From Macrostomum hystrix (taxonomy: Eukaryota > Animalia > Platyhelminthes): 64,000 nt of DNA. Location: the NCBI GenBank assembly GCA_950097015.1, contig CATNEN010000001.1, positions 4,960,001-5,024,000 on the forward strand, read 5' to 3'. A program made the translations under genes and the position numbers. Shown here one piece after another: positions 11,839 to 26,301 of the stretch. The stretch's first letter is position 1; each line of letters starts with the position of its first letter. The notes below the pieces were generated by a model, which saw only the letters and a program-made list of their open reading frames with translations, searched no databases and was not told where the DNA came from.

Positions 11839-12315
11839 ATGACTTCTGGTTCCTTCACTCGCCAGTTCCTGTGGCTGCTGTGTGTCGCATCTGCGGTGGC
11901 TCTGCTGTCAAACGCCGAAGCTGTCAGCGAAGCAGGTGAGATCGAGTGAATGCTAATCATACGATGCATGCAGGTTTTCAAACAGCACAAACCATTTCAT
12001 CGGATGGCTTTCAACTCCAATTCCTTAGAGCTGAAGGAGGACCAGTTCGACTCGAGGCTTCAGCAACAGCAGCTTGATGTGGACAGCGTGGAACGACTTT
12101 ACCTGGACCTTCTGGCTCGCAGGACCGGTAATTTTCAATGTTAATAATGCGGTTCGAACGAACACACGAACACTTGTCAACCATAAATCTACGGAAAATC
12201 TTCAGGTGAACTGAGCGGTTCCAGGTGGAGCAGAGGCCTGTTGAAGCGACTCCAAGCGGCCGCCGCAAAGAAGCGAAACGAGCTGCCCCCGATCTCCACC
12301 CTGCGATTCGGCTAA
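11839..12315 (+). CDS. RFamide neuropeptide precursor, 101 aa, 3 exons; predicted mature peptide NELPPISTLRF-NH2
   Basis: Exons 11839-11935, 12029-12127 and 12206-12315 (two phase-1 GT-AG introns) splice to MTSGSFTRQFLWLLCVASAVALLSNAEAVSEAELKEDQFDSRLQQQQLDVDSVERLYLDLLARRTGELSGSRWSRGLLKRLQAAAAKKRNELPPISTLRFG*. This has a signal peptide, a KKR cleavage site and a terminal RF-G amidation signal. TATA-like TATTTATA at ~11728. Confidence 0.88.
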
Positions 12316-14337
12316 TCTGATTGAGATGATCATCTCTGCACTCACAGAGATCCAGGACCAAATCACTTCTCAAGCTCTGCCTCTCTCTACACACACAAAT
12401 GACTAAAATAATTAATTACCGATTTGGAGAGCAAACGGCTAAATATACGGCGTGTTGATCGATAAATTTTTTCGATACATCAAGCAGGCAAATCGATTCT
12501 AATTAAGCGTCGTTATACGAGTTATATTAATGAACTAAAACACTTTTCTAAGATATCGCTTGCATTTGCATTTGCATGTATAAAATTTGTATAAATCGTT
12601 TACGAGACAAGCGACGTTAAGAATCAAGTAGATTGTATGGCTTCGCAAAAATCTCATATTAGCGTCGCAATAATCTCATAGCAGCTTGGCGATAATCCCA
12701 AAAGCAGCTTGACAATAATCTCATTGCAGCGAACATTATATTGTATCCGTGTGCGCGTGTACTGAGGGTCATTGGAATAGATCCCTCGCTTCGGGTCGAC
12801 ATTGCCAACCTGAAAGGTCATCACTGCAGGTCATCAATCACAAATGTAGCAAAATGGAACTGCTGTTTTGTAAACAGCAGCTTGATTCTATCATTCCATC
12901 ATTCTATTAAAAAAAACGGATACTCGCCCTATAACTATTGATGACCAGCTACAGTTCACACTGTATCAACGGAAGTTTGGTAAGTGAATTTACCCCAATC
13001 TAGTCATTGATTTGAGAACATTACATACATCAAATGAGTAAAATTATTAACAATTACTTACTACTGAAGCACTGGAGATAGTTCGGTTAGTTCGCTAAAT
13101 CGACACAAGTGAAATCACGAACTTTGTTTAAATGTGCACGTAGTTCTACGAAAAAATACTGTATAACAAATCCTAATACATAGTAAAAACGCAACAAAAA
13201 GTTTGATCAATCATTTTTTTCCAGGGGGATTTGTTTTAGTAGTTCTCTAACAGTCACAAACAGCTTGAAAATGTGAGCATTCAAGCCATATATGCAGCAG
13301 ATTATGTGAGCTAACACTGTTAGTCCAACAATGCTTGACTACGATTTTTTAGCAAGCGCCGGTTTAAAAAATTTCACTTCGGTGGCTTGCCGATCAGTTG
13401 CAGGCATAGATCGTGTATTCCGATGTTCCTTGTAGCCAATCGTTGTCATGCGCTGCGGGCACTGATTCTTTCTGATGCTGCACTTACGGTGACATTAGGA
13501 CATTCATAGACTAAAGTTTAGTAGACCACATTCAAAGAATAGATTAGTCAAACATTTTGTCTATGGTAGGAAGTCAGCCCCACATCCCCTTTTCACTCTG
13601 CCCCTCGCGGTTAATACCCATAGACTAAAGCACACAGCTCGCGCTGCAATAACAACACTAAACAATAGTGCAGAAAAATATATCATTGGCTGGAATTTCA
13701 ACCATTACAGGCCATAGACAAGAACGCAATGCTGGAAAAAAGACTGGCGCACCCAGCTAGAAATTTATCACTTAAGAAGAGTCTACATAGTCTATGGTAA
13801 AAGGCAAAGCCAGAAGCCGTTGTCTTGCATAAATAAAGCCACAAACAATTGATCGTTAAAATTCTAGACAATGCGTAAATATAGCAGCATCATCATCCAT
13901 GCAAATACCTGAAATAGAGTTTCACCTACGCTATCAGGTCACACCAGGGTCGCAATATATTGGACTAGTTTCAGTTTTTATAAACAAACTGTTTTAGATT
14001 TCCATTTTGAGAAACATTTTCGTATGCATGGGGGGCGGTTCACAGCAGCGCGGTTAGTCAAGCTTCCATGGTTCGATTCTTTCGTTTTGGTTTTTTACTG
14101 CTCAAAATGCTCGCTTAAAGGTGGCAGGCTACTCAACCTGCAAGCCTAATAGGCAAGAGCTATAAATACAACCAAAATATATTTAACGTGTAAACAAATA
14201 TTTGATTTTGATTTATTTTATTTAAATGCATATCTACGAAGCAGATAGACTCACAGAAGATTGCAATGCAAACAAAATAATGTACTAGCCAGTGAAGCAG
14301 GGTCCAGGTCTTTTCTTTAGTGGGGGCCCAATGTGAG

Positions 14338-15403
14338 CTTGGGAATTGAGCGCCATCAACAAGAGCTTTAGAGCGCCATCAACGGGAGCTTGGGCGCCAT
14401 CAACGGGAGCTAGGGCGTCATCAATGTGAGCTTTGGGCGCCATCAACGGGAGCTTGGGCGCCATCAACGGGAGCTTGGGCGCCATCAACGGGAGCTTGGG
14501 CGCCATCAACGGGAGCTTTGTAATTGGGCGCCATCAACGGGAGCTTGGGCGCCATCGACGGGAGCTTGGGCGCCATCAACGGGAGCTTTGTAATTAGGCG
14601 CCATCAACAGGAGCTTGGGCGCCATCAACGGGAGCTAGGGCGCCATCAACGGGAGCTTTGTAATTGGGCGCCATCAACGGGAGCTTGGGCGCCATCGACG
14701 GGAGCTTGGGCGCCATCAACGGGAGCTTTGTAATTGGGCGCCATCAACGGAAGCTTGACAATTAGGCGCCATCAACAGGAGCTTGGGCGCCATCAACGGG
14801 AGCTTTGTAGTTGGGCGCCATCAACGGGAGCTTGACAATTAGGCGCCATCAACAGGAGCTTGGGCGCCATCAACGGGAGCTTTGTAATTGGGCGCCATCA
14901 ACGGAAGCTTGACAATTAGGCGCCATCAACAGGAGCTTGGGCGCCATCAACGGGAGCTTTGTAATTGGGCGCCATCAACGGGAGCTTTGTAATTGGGCGC
15001 CATCAACGGAAGCTTGACAATTAGGCGCCATCAACAGGAGCTTGGGCGCCATCAACGGGAGCTAGGGCGTCATCAATGTGAGCTTTGGGCGCCATCGACG
15101 GGAGCTTGGAAATTGGCGCCATCAACAAGAGCTTCGGGCGCCATCAACGCGAGCTTTGGGCGCCATCAACGCGAGCTTTGGGCGCCATCAAAAAGAGCTT
15201 TGGGCGCCATCAACGGGAGCTTTGGGCGCTATCAACGGGAGCTTTGGGCGCCATCAACGGGAGCTTTGGGCGCCATCAACGGGAGCTTTGGGCGCCATCA
15301 ACGGGAGCTTTGGGCGCCATCAACGGGAGCTTTGGGCGCCATCAACGGGAGCTTTGGACACCATCAAAGGGAGCTTTGGGCGCCATCAACTTGAGCTTGG
15401 GCA
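14338..15403. repeat. GC-rich 21-22-bp tandem array (GGGCGCCATCAACGGGAGCTT[T]) with 27-bp variants; possibly the interior of a non-autonomous DNA element
   Basis: About 45 units. The flanks (GGGTCCAGG...GGGGG at ~14300; CCCCCACCCAGGGCTACGCTCCAG at ~15545-15569) resemble degenerate ends of common MITE families. Confidence 0.9.
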
Positions 15404-16327
15404 CCATCCATCCATTCCATTCACGCAAGACCAGAGTCTAAGAGACAAAGCGCTGACGTCCCGCGTCAACTTTGTCGCTGCCAGAGCCCACGGATAAGGA
15501 AGAGTGCGCCACATAGCTTGGTCAGCCGATTAAGTGAGCCGTGGCACCCCCACCCAGGGCTACGCTCCAGGTACTCGTACGAGAAATGTCCTTAAAGTTT
15601 CCGTGAAAATATACTTTAACTCATTGGTTAAGTAATCAGTTGTCAATCGAGTGATAATCTATAAAAATGTTGTTTGACTTATCAATATCCGCTCGACTAA
15701 TATAGAAACTATTATCGAAACAAACATAGTTAATTACTTATTGATTAATTTAATCAATCACAATATGAGCCATTTCGAACAAGTTGATGAAAGGTTCAGA
15801 TGACTGCCAGAAAACAGACGATCTACCAACAATTGAAATACTTTGTTAATTTTTCGACGTACTAAAATTTCCGGATTTAACATAGCTTTTGTTACCTGTT
15901 GTCGGCATTTTTATTGTACGTTGCAGAATATTGTACAAATTGGATTTTCTTAACTTAGAATTTTTATTTTAAAATTCCACAATTAGTTGCTAGCAGTCAA
16001 GCTTCGATGAGTCCTGAAACAATTAATTAGTACATATATTGCCTTTTTAGGTCTATTTTCGCTCACAGAAAACTGGAACTCATCATTAATTTAAAAGTGC
16101 TCATTTAGGATATTTTGCATGCTGTCTGACAACTGCATATGCAGTCTAACTGACGACTGATCTTAGAAATTGCCTGATGCATTAATGCTCGACAGTAGTC
16201 TACTAGCGTCCTCCCACGCAAAGCATAGGCTGCGTTTTAAAGTACCCTACGACATGCATACTCTGAGATGATGATTCAGTAGTGCAAAATTGTTAAGCAC
16301 GAAGTTTTGTTCGATTGTTCGCAGGCA

Positions 16328-17323
16328 TCAGACCAACTCCGAGGACAGAAATCGATAACCGTCTCCGCGACCGAAGCGCTCCGACATGACACCGTTTTTG
16401 AAGGCCGCCGTGAATGATTCTAGCTCTCCTAGAAACTCCACCACCAGGATTCGCTCGCTATTCGGCTGCACCAGACCGGCGTGTCGGGCGGACGCGGCGA
16501 AGTTCGAGCCGACGTGGTAGACGCCCGAGCCGCGAACAGTGGGCAGCTGACGCCCGGAGCAGCAGGCTAGGCGGAAGCGAAGCACCACACCATCCACGCC
16601 GCCGAAAGACTCCAGGGTGAGCGGCGCCTCGCCCCACAGAGTGCGAGCCGCCTCGGGGAAGGCGAAAGACCAGTCGGGACGTTCGAAAGCTCGCGACGCG
16701 AGGCCGGAGCCGCGTCCGCGACCGTAGGCTCCGTCGAACCGTCTCCGCCTAGGCAGGAACCAGACGCGCAGCGACTTCGACTCGCCGGACGCCAATAATC
16801 CGGCGTGCACCGCCGCGGCGCCGAAGTCGGACGATGCCGAGTAGATTCCTAGGCCGTCGCCGCCGCGACCGCCGGCGCCGCCGCCTACGAGGACACCGTC
16901 AGAGTTGCCGACAATTGAGAATGTAGCCAGCATGCCCTCGTAGAAAGTAAGCTCGTGCGAGCCGACAGGAGGTGGCGGAAACTGGTCGGCCGGGAAGGCG
17001 AAGGTCAAGCTGCTGTCGAAACCGCCGCAGTCGACGGACTTAATGCCGTACCGTTTGGTGCCGATGTAGGCTGGCTGGGCCCGGCTGAACAAAACCACAG
17101 TCGATGGGGCGAAGCTGTAGCCGCTGAACAGGCCGGCGTGAATCGCAGCTGATACTAAATTAGAATCGGATCGATAGCTGCCTGTGCCGCATACTCGAGC
17201 TTCTGATTGGTGGGCAGATAGGCTGATGTACACACGCACACAGCGACCAATCCATTCAGATGGTCTGAAGCTCCTGAAGTCGACTGGCGCCTGGTCTATT
17301 GGTGTGCAGCTGGCTGTGATCAT
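16328..17323 (-). CDS. Intronless protein with three tandem LCCL-like domains, 331 aa, no signal peptide
   Basis: Three repeats of the LCCL core: VCGTGSYRSDSNLVSAAIHAG...YIGTKRYGIKS; GLGIYSASSDFGAAAVHAG; VRGSGVYHVGSNFAASARHAG...FKNGVMS. ATG start, uninterrupted ORF, GC visibly much higher than the flanks. Confidence 0.85.
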   Translation of the reverse strand: MITASCTPIDQAPVDFRSFRPSEWIGRCVRVYISLSAHQSEARVCGTGSYRSDSNLVSAAIHAGLFSGYSFAPSTVVLFSRAQPAYIGTKRYGIKSVDCGGFDSSLTFAFPADQFPPPPVGSHELTFYEGMLATFSIVGNSDGVLVGGGAGGRGGDGLGIYSASSDFGAAAVHAGLLASGESKSLRVWFLPRRRRFDGAYGRGRGSGLASRAFERPDWSFAFPEAARTLWGEAPLTLESFGGVDGVVLRFRLACCSGRQLPTVRGSGVYHVGSNFAASARHAGLVQPNSERILVVEFLGELESFTAAFKNGVMSERFGRGDGYRFLSSELV

Positions 17324-17482
17324 GGATAATCGTTAAAAGGTAAGGTAAATTTAGCCTTAATGAGAGAAAAAAATTATCAGTGACAAAACAGCCCCATCTG
17401 CTAGTTTAACAATTAGCCGCATCGTCCATCGTACAGGGGTTAACTCACACTTAAAGTACTCGCTTGCTAGATCATTTACAGG

Positions 17483-17705
17483 GAGCTTGAAGCCTAGTGG
17501 TTAGAGAGTCGGACTTACGAGGTGAAGATCGGGGGTTCGATTCCTGACTCCATTGGAAAAATTGGTGTCGTTTTACTAACTTAACTTAAATGGTACCATG
17601 CAGCATTATATAAGGACGACTGTGGCGTTCCCCCCAGTCCATGGACTGAACAGTTGAGCACAGCCATTTGGATTCGCCTCATAGCTGTGACTGTGCATCG
17701 GCCCC
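17483..17705 (+). mobile_element. SINE family A, degenerate copy
   Basis: AGCCTAGTGGTTAGAGAGTCGGACT...GGGTTCGATTCC...CCCCAGTCCATGGACTGAACAG, matching 11255-11553. Confidence 0.85.
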
Positions 17706-18057
17706 AACTGGTCTAGCTCACTAGCTGGGATGTCAACCATCGTTATTACCAATGCAAGGATTAACGAAAAGACAAACACTATAAAAAACTTACAGTCATC
17801 TTAGTACTTGGTAGCCGTTTTTTTAAAGACAAATATTAATTCATATAACAGATTACATAGAGCTGGCTTTGAGGCTTATGATGAATTTAGATTCGGAAAC
17901 CAGTTTGTTTACTTTGTCAATATAAAGCATTGGATTTCTATAAATTTCTCTAACCTAAAAACTACCCAGCACCACGAATTTTCATGGTCTTAAACTGCGA
18001 AATGCCGCTTAAGTCTAATACTCATTGTTAGTCAAAATGGTCATTTTTATATTATAA

Positions 18058-18356
18058 GCAGCCAGCGAGGAGGCAATTCTGCCCATTTCGCTGACTCCTG
18101 AGCACACACTCACACAGATACTGTACGTAGACACAGACACAGGTGCGTACATGTGTCATGACTTTCTCATCGGCAGGCAGTGTACACTCTCACTGTGCCT
18201 TGGAGGTTGACCCTTAAGGGCGTAAATTGCACGACAAGCCCCCAAGCCTTCTCTCCGCGGCTGCGCCCAAAAATGAATGTGGCCTCGCCGCGGAATCGAG
18301 CTTAGGGACCTTGGTTCAAGAGGCGAACGCGTTAGACGGCTCTGCCACCGACCCCC
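18058..18356 (-). mobile_element. tRNA-derived SINE, family B
   Basis: Reverse copy of GGGGTCGGTGGCAGAGC...GATTCCGCGGCGAGGCCACATTC...GCAGAATTGCCTCCTCGCTGGCTGC; many copies in the window. Confidence 0.88.
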
Positions 18357-19641
18357 TAGCGCCATATACGAGCTATAATGTATTAGTAAGTATTGAAGCA
18401 AAAGTACAAACGCAAGTTGGACTGGATCAGTTACCTGGGTCAATAGCCGTAACAGAGATCGCCAGTCCAGCGTAACATAGGAACAGTGTTGCGCACAGTT
18501 GTTCAATAATCATAATTCCAGCTTTCTCGGCTTGAAAATTCTGGGTCAATACATGTCTGTTTAACGCCGTAACATAATTTAAACCAAAATGGTTGAAACG
18601 TTCGCGCTAACCGCACTTGACCGCTTCAAGCAAGAGTTATCAGAAAAACTATCAGTACAAAATTACACTGATGTCTTCCGTTTGTGTCTAAATATGTAAG
18701 TTAACAGGTTTAATTGCTAATTTAAAGCGATTTTGGTAGAGTGAAAGACAGTGTAGCTATTGGCCAAAAATAATTATCACCCTTGGTGTCGCATTTTGTG
18801 TCATTCGCACTGAAAGTATGTTCTCGTGATCGTACTTTCTCGTATTCTCCTGATGTGCAGCCGATAGCACAGCCAGAGCAACAAGGATGCTTTCAAGAGG
18901 CTGCGTACGGCAATCAGTCCATGGACTGTGGGCTGATTGAAAAGAAGCAATGCAGAGCTAAGTCTTGCACTCTTGCTTGATGACAAAAAACCGACCCTCA
19001 ATTAGCTCGCTAGTATCAACAGCTCGCTCCGACCCCAATGTCAGCCAAGGTGCTGCTTTAGGTGGCTGGACTTCCTATGGAAAGTGCAGTCACGTGGAAC
19101 ACCAACTATACGATGTTGGTCAGGGCAGGTGGTCATGACAGGAGGGTTGAGCTAGAACCGAGAATTTTCTGAGCAGAGTTTGGGGGAGATGATAGGGGTC
19201 GTGACCCATTACGTGAAAAAGCGATCGATTTTAAATCTGTTTTCTAAGAGTTTATGACCAGAACTGAATCACTTTATCACTGAATCACTGAATCACTGAA
19301 TCACTTTAGCACGGTATGCTATACAGTATGCCGGGGACCCCCAAACTGACCGCAGTCATAACAGTACTTGAATAAATAAATCAAAAATTGTTTGCTGATA
19401 TTGATCTCAGAATCCCCGGCAGCAACCTTTTAAACATAATACTGACTGGCTTGAAACTAATTTTTGTAGGATTTCAACAGTCGAAATATGTGCCAGGAAA
19501 CAGAAAAATGAAAACTGAGATAAATAAAAAATACCGACACTGGGGTACTGAACACTAGGTTGGCAACGATTATACACTGATATGAGATGGATGCTCGCAA
19601 CAATTGCTGGAGCACTAAGAAAGGTAAAACACTGGATAACT

Positions 19642-19818
19642 GAGCATAGAAACAAAACATGCCGTCCTGCATCCATGATTTTTGTTAAAGCAGCATTTTC
19701 TCGTACCATTTTCTGCTGCTTTCGTCGCTATTTCGCTATTTTTTCAGTGGTACGAAAAAAATGCTGCTTTCACAAAGAAATCATGGATGCAGGACGGCAT
19801 GTTTTTTTTTCTATGCTC
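19642..19818. repeat. Fold-back/MITE-like inverted repeat with ~65-bp arms, cut on the right by the MULE
   Basis: GAGCATAGAAACAAAACATGCCGTCCTGCATCCATGATTT...GTACCA is mirrored by TGGTAC...AAATCATGGATGCAGGACGGCATGTTTTTTTTTCTATGCTC. Confidence 0.8.
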
Positions 19819-21988
19819 GGGTACCTCTCATTTCGCCGATTCTCGTTTCACCGATTCTCGTTTCGCCGAATCTCATTTTGCGATTCTCATTTCGCCGAAA
19901 TTCTCATTTTGCCGATTCTCGTTTCGCTGACATTCTCACTACGCCGATTCTCGTTTCGCCGAAATTAATTTCATAACGATCTGGACATTAGATCATAGAG
20001 AACTAAATCAATGCAAGTGTGATTTATATGTCTATGGCTTGAAAAATAGAGTTAAAACTAAGAATTCTTCCTTATAGTCTATAGTCTATGGTATAGTCTA
20101 TGGTAAAAAGTCTATAGCCAGTGGTATATATGCATGGTGGGAGGTTAAGGAATAACATACAACTTTCAAGCTAATATTCATCAAACGCACCATGGCTCAA
20201 GCAGCACTACATTTAGCTACTTTTGTCCCAAGTTCGCGTGCAGGGCAGCTGCTTCACATTATGGGATATTTGTACCGGCTCGATAAGAAGACTGAATTAA
20301 AAGCATTTTATAAGTGTCGCCGCGAAGGTTGCAATGCCAGGGCCATCGTCGAGGGTGGATATGCGTCGCACACGAGTGGAGAGCATCGTCATGCGATTGA
20401 TGAAACTGAAGCCCAGAGGATGAAGTTTGCGCAGCATATCAAAAACGAATGTACCAACAACGCTCCAATGTCTTAAGTATACCGGCAGGCCATTGCTATG
20501 GACGCCTTTCAAGCAAACCCGGCAACATTGCCGACATTCGGTATCCGAATTCTGTAGCCGCTTATCTGACAATCATTAAAGGAAGCAGTATCAAGGATGC
20601 AGCATAACGTGCTCGGCACAAGAACTTGCCCCCTCTTCCAGCCACTCGAGCTGACTATATCGTCGATCCAGAGACTCAACAGACTCTGCGGGTTTTCGAC
20701 ATCAATGGAGGCACACCGAAACGCATCGTTGGGTTTTCATCGAACCAGCTGATTCGTGCACTCGCAGAAACTGATCGCATTCAAATTGACGGTACCTTCA
20801 ACTGTGTTCCGAATATATTTGAGATGCTGAAAATCATCCACACTGGCAAGGTGCTTGGAGTGTGGGAACTTGGAAGCCCTGGCTTTTTTTCTCATGCCCA
20901 ACAAGCAGCAAGTCACCTACGAGGCGATGTGGCCAGTTCACCCGCCACCGACAATCAAAGGCTGTCTCTTTCACTTCAACCAAGCTGTCTTGCGAAACAC
21001 TCAGCGTCTTGGACTGCAGATAGCTTACCAGCAAGATCCAGATGTTCAGAAAATGGTTCGCAGACTGATGGCGCTTCCGTTGGTTCAAATTGATCACCTG
21101 GATGAGGCCTTTACTGATGTGATTATGGCCGACATGCCTGAAGCCGGCCATGCTGCTCATCAAAACTGCCATGCGTTGTTGGACTACTTCCTGAACACTT
21201 GGTTGCAGCGAAACGCTCGCTATAACCGGCAAATGTGGAACCATTTTAATGAAGATGCAGACAGAACTATCAATGCCGCGGAGAGCCGACACCATGCGCT
21301 AAATTCTAAGTCGCAACCATCGGCTCAATGTCCACGAATTCGTAAAGGAGTTGCGAGTTGAAGTTGTCAATGCAGAGACGCGCATTCAGCAGCGAGCCGC
21401 GGGGACTGTACCACCACAGCCGAGGCTCCGAGCCCGGCAACTAGCGAATGCTCTAGTGACCTTCAGATGGTAGTTTCTGAACGGCCAAAGAAATCTACGG
21501 GACTACTTGGATGCTTGCAGCTACACGTTGCACGAAGCGGTTGTCTAAGTTTCTTAATGATATTAACAGTTTATTGTTTATTGTAAAAATGTCTGCTTCT
21601 GTGGTCTGTTATTAGACTTCTTATTCGAATTTTTTTGATTGCGAATGCGAAATAAAAAATGACGATTGAAATAGATTCTACTGGCTTTGCTGGTGAAATA
21701 AATAAGTGGTTTTATTGGACTGACTTTTGAGTTGAATATGAGTAAAAACTACGCTCGTAATGCTATGCTAAAGCTAAAGCTAAAGCTAATGAAATTAGGC
21801 TAAAGGCTAAATGCAAAAAGGCTATGGTAGGTAAATACTGGTGTAATACGAGTATTATAAAAAAATACTTTTTTTTCAAGCCATAGACATAGAAATCACA
21901 CTTGCACTGTTTAGTTGTCTATGACCTTGTCCAGATGGTTATGAAATTAATTTCGGCGAAACGAGAATAGGCGAAATGAGAGGTACCC
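19819..21988 (+). mobile_element. Mutator-like element (FLYWCH + MULE transposase pseudogene)
   Basis: Termini GGGTACCTCTCATTTCGCC and GGCGAAATGAGAGGTACCC; subterminal TTCGCCGATTCTCGT repeats; TIR match extends over ~19962-20046 versus 21871-21955. Broken ORF 20192-21548: GYLYR...FYKCRREGCNARA...HRH (FLYWCH), IDGTFNCVP, IKGCLFHFNQA, RTINAAESRH. No TSD. Confidence 0.9.
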
Positions 21989-22252
21989 ATTTTGCCACTA
22001 ATTTGTAAATAAACTGACGCATGCGTTACTTGCTACTGAATCTGATAAGTAGTGGGCGAAAATGATCCAAGTTTTGAGTAAAAAATTTTTTAAACGATTT
22101 TACTGTTATATTTAACTACTGTGAAGTAAGCTTAATATATGCAGCTGCCTACTACTGATGCATGATATAGTAAAGTAGTGCTCAGAACAGAACTCTTATT
22201 AATCAAAACAACAGTGCAACGTAGTCATACAGACTACTAATCGCATATTAAG

Positions 22253-22352
22253 CCGCACACGGAGCAGAACAAAGGTTCAGGCCACCGGACCACTGACCCG
22301 GACGAGGGCCAATGTTTTATTCCGAGTGACCGTCATTAGCTGCATTGTGTGG
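22253..22352 (-). promoter_or_regulatory. SECIS element (form II) in the 3' UTR of the thioredoxin reductase gene
   Basis: Minus strand reads AUGAC-GGUCACUCGGA-AUAAAA-CAUUGGCCC-UCGUCC-GGGUCAGUG-G-UCCGGUGGCC-UGAA. This gives the AUGA/GA quartet (22336-22333 and 22279-22276), a 10-bp helix II with one bulge, an unpaired A-run and a 9-bp apical helix III. Helix I pairs GCAG/CUGC and CACAC/GUGUG. Confidence 0.88.
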
Positions 22353-22477
22353 AGCTTAATTGGTGGACTAATTCGAAAAAATAATCATCTAGATAAACCG
22401 CTTGAATAGCGAGTCGCCGAGAGGGGCCAAATGTGAAATGCCAGAGGGCTACAGTGCAACTTGAACTGTTTCTGTTT

Positions 22478-22901
22478 CTTATCTGACAATCATCAAAGGA
22501 AGCCGCTTATCTGACAATCATCAAAGGAAGCCGCTTATCTGACAATCATCAAAGGAAGCCGCTTATCTGACAATCATCAAAGGAAGCCGCTTATCTGACA
22601 ATCATCAAAGGAAGCCGCTTATCTGACAATCATCAAAGGAAGCCGCTTATCTGACAATCATCAAAGGAAGCCGCTTATCTGACAATCATCAAAGGAAGCC
22701 GCTTATCTGACAATCATCAAAGGAAGCCGCTTATCTGACAATCATCAAAGGAAGCCGCTTATCTGACAATCATCAAAGGAAGCCGCTTATCTGACAATCA
22801 TCAAAGGAAGCCGCTTATCTGACAATCATCAAAGGAAGCCGCTTATCTGACAATCATCAAAGGAAGCCGCTTATCTGACAATCATCAAAGGAAGCCGCTT
22901 A
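22478..22901. repeat. Perfect 28-bp tandem repeat x15 (CTTATCTGACAATCATCAAAGGAAGCCG)
   Basis: Identical units; lies between the TrxR stop codon and the SECIS. Confidence 0.98.
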
Positions 22902-23094
22902 GCTAGCTATCATAAAATAGACGCCACCAAATGAAAAAACGGCACTTTGAAGGCGTTGCACAGACAAATCATTTTTACAACCGTTCGGAGACTATATAAG
23001 ACTAAAACAATGTCCTCCCTGTCAGCTCAGAACCGAACAACAATTTTAATGTTGCTCAGCTTGCAGCTGATCAGCCTCTCAAAGCGACTCTAAG

Positions 23095-26301
<3,207 letters not shown>

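Noticed and set aside
14285-15497. ORFs with GAINGS/GRHQREL/WAPSTGA repeats
   Set aside because: Read-through of the 21-22-bp array in several frames.
22478-22901. Possible CRISPR-like array (also considered for 32022-32390, 42837-43772 and 49133-49785)
   Set aside because: Units are head-to-tail with no unique spacers, there are no cas genes, and the context is eukaryotic.
22940-23075. Hairpins immediately after the TrxR stop as SECIS candidates
   Set aside because: They lack a correctly spaced AUGA/GA quartet with a helix II; the element at 22253-22352 fits far better.
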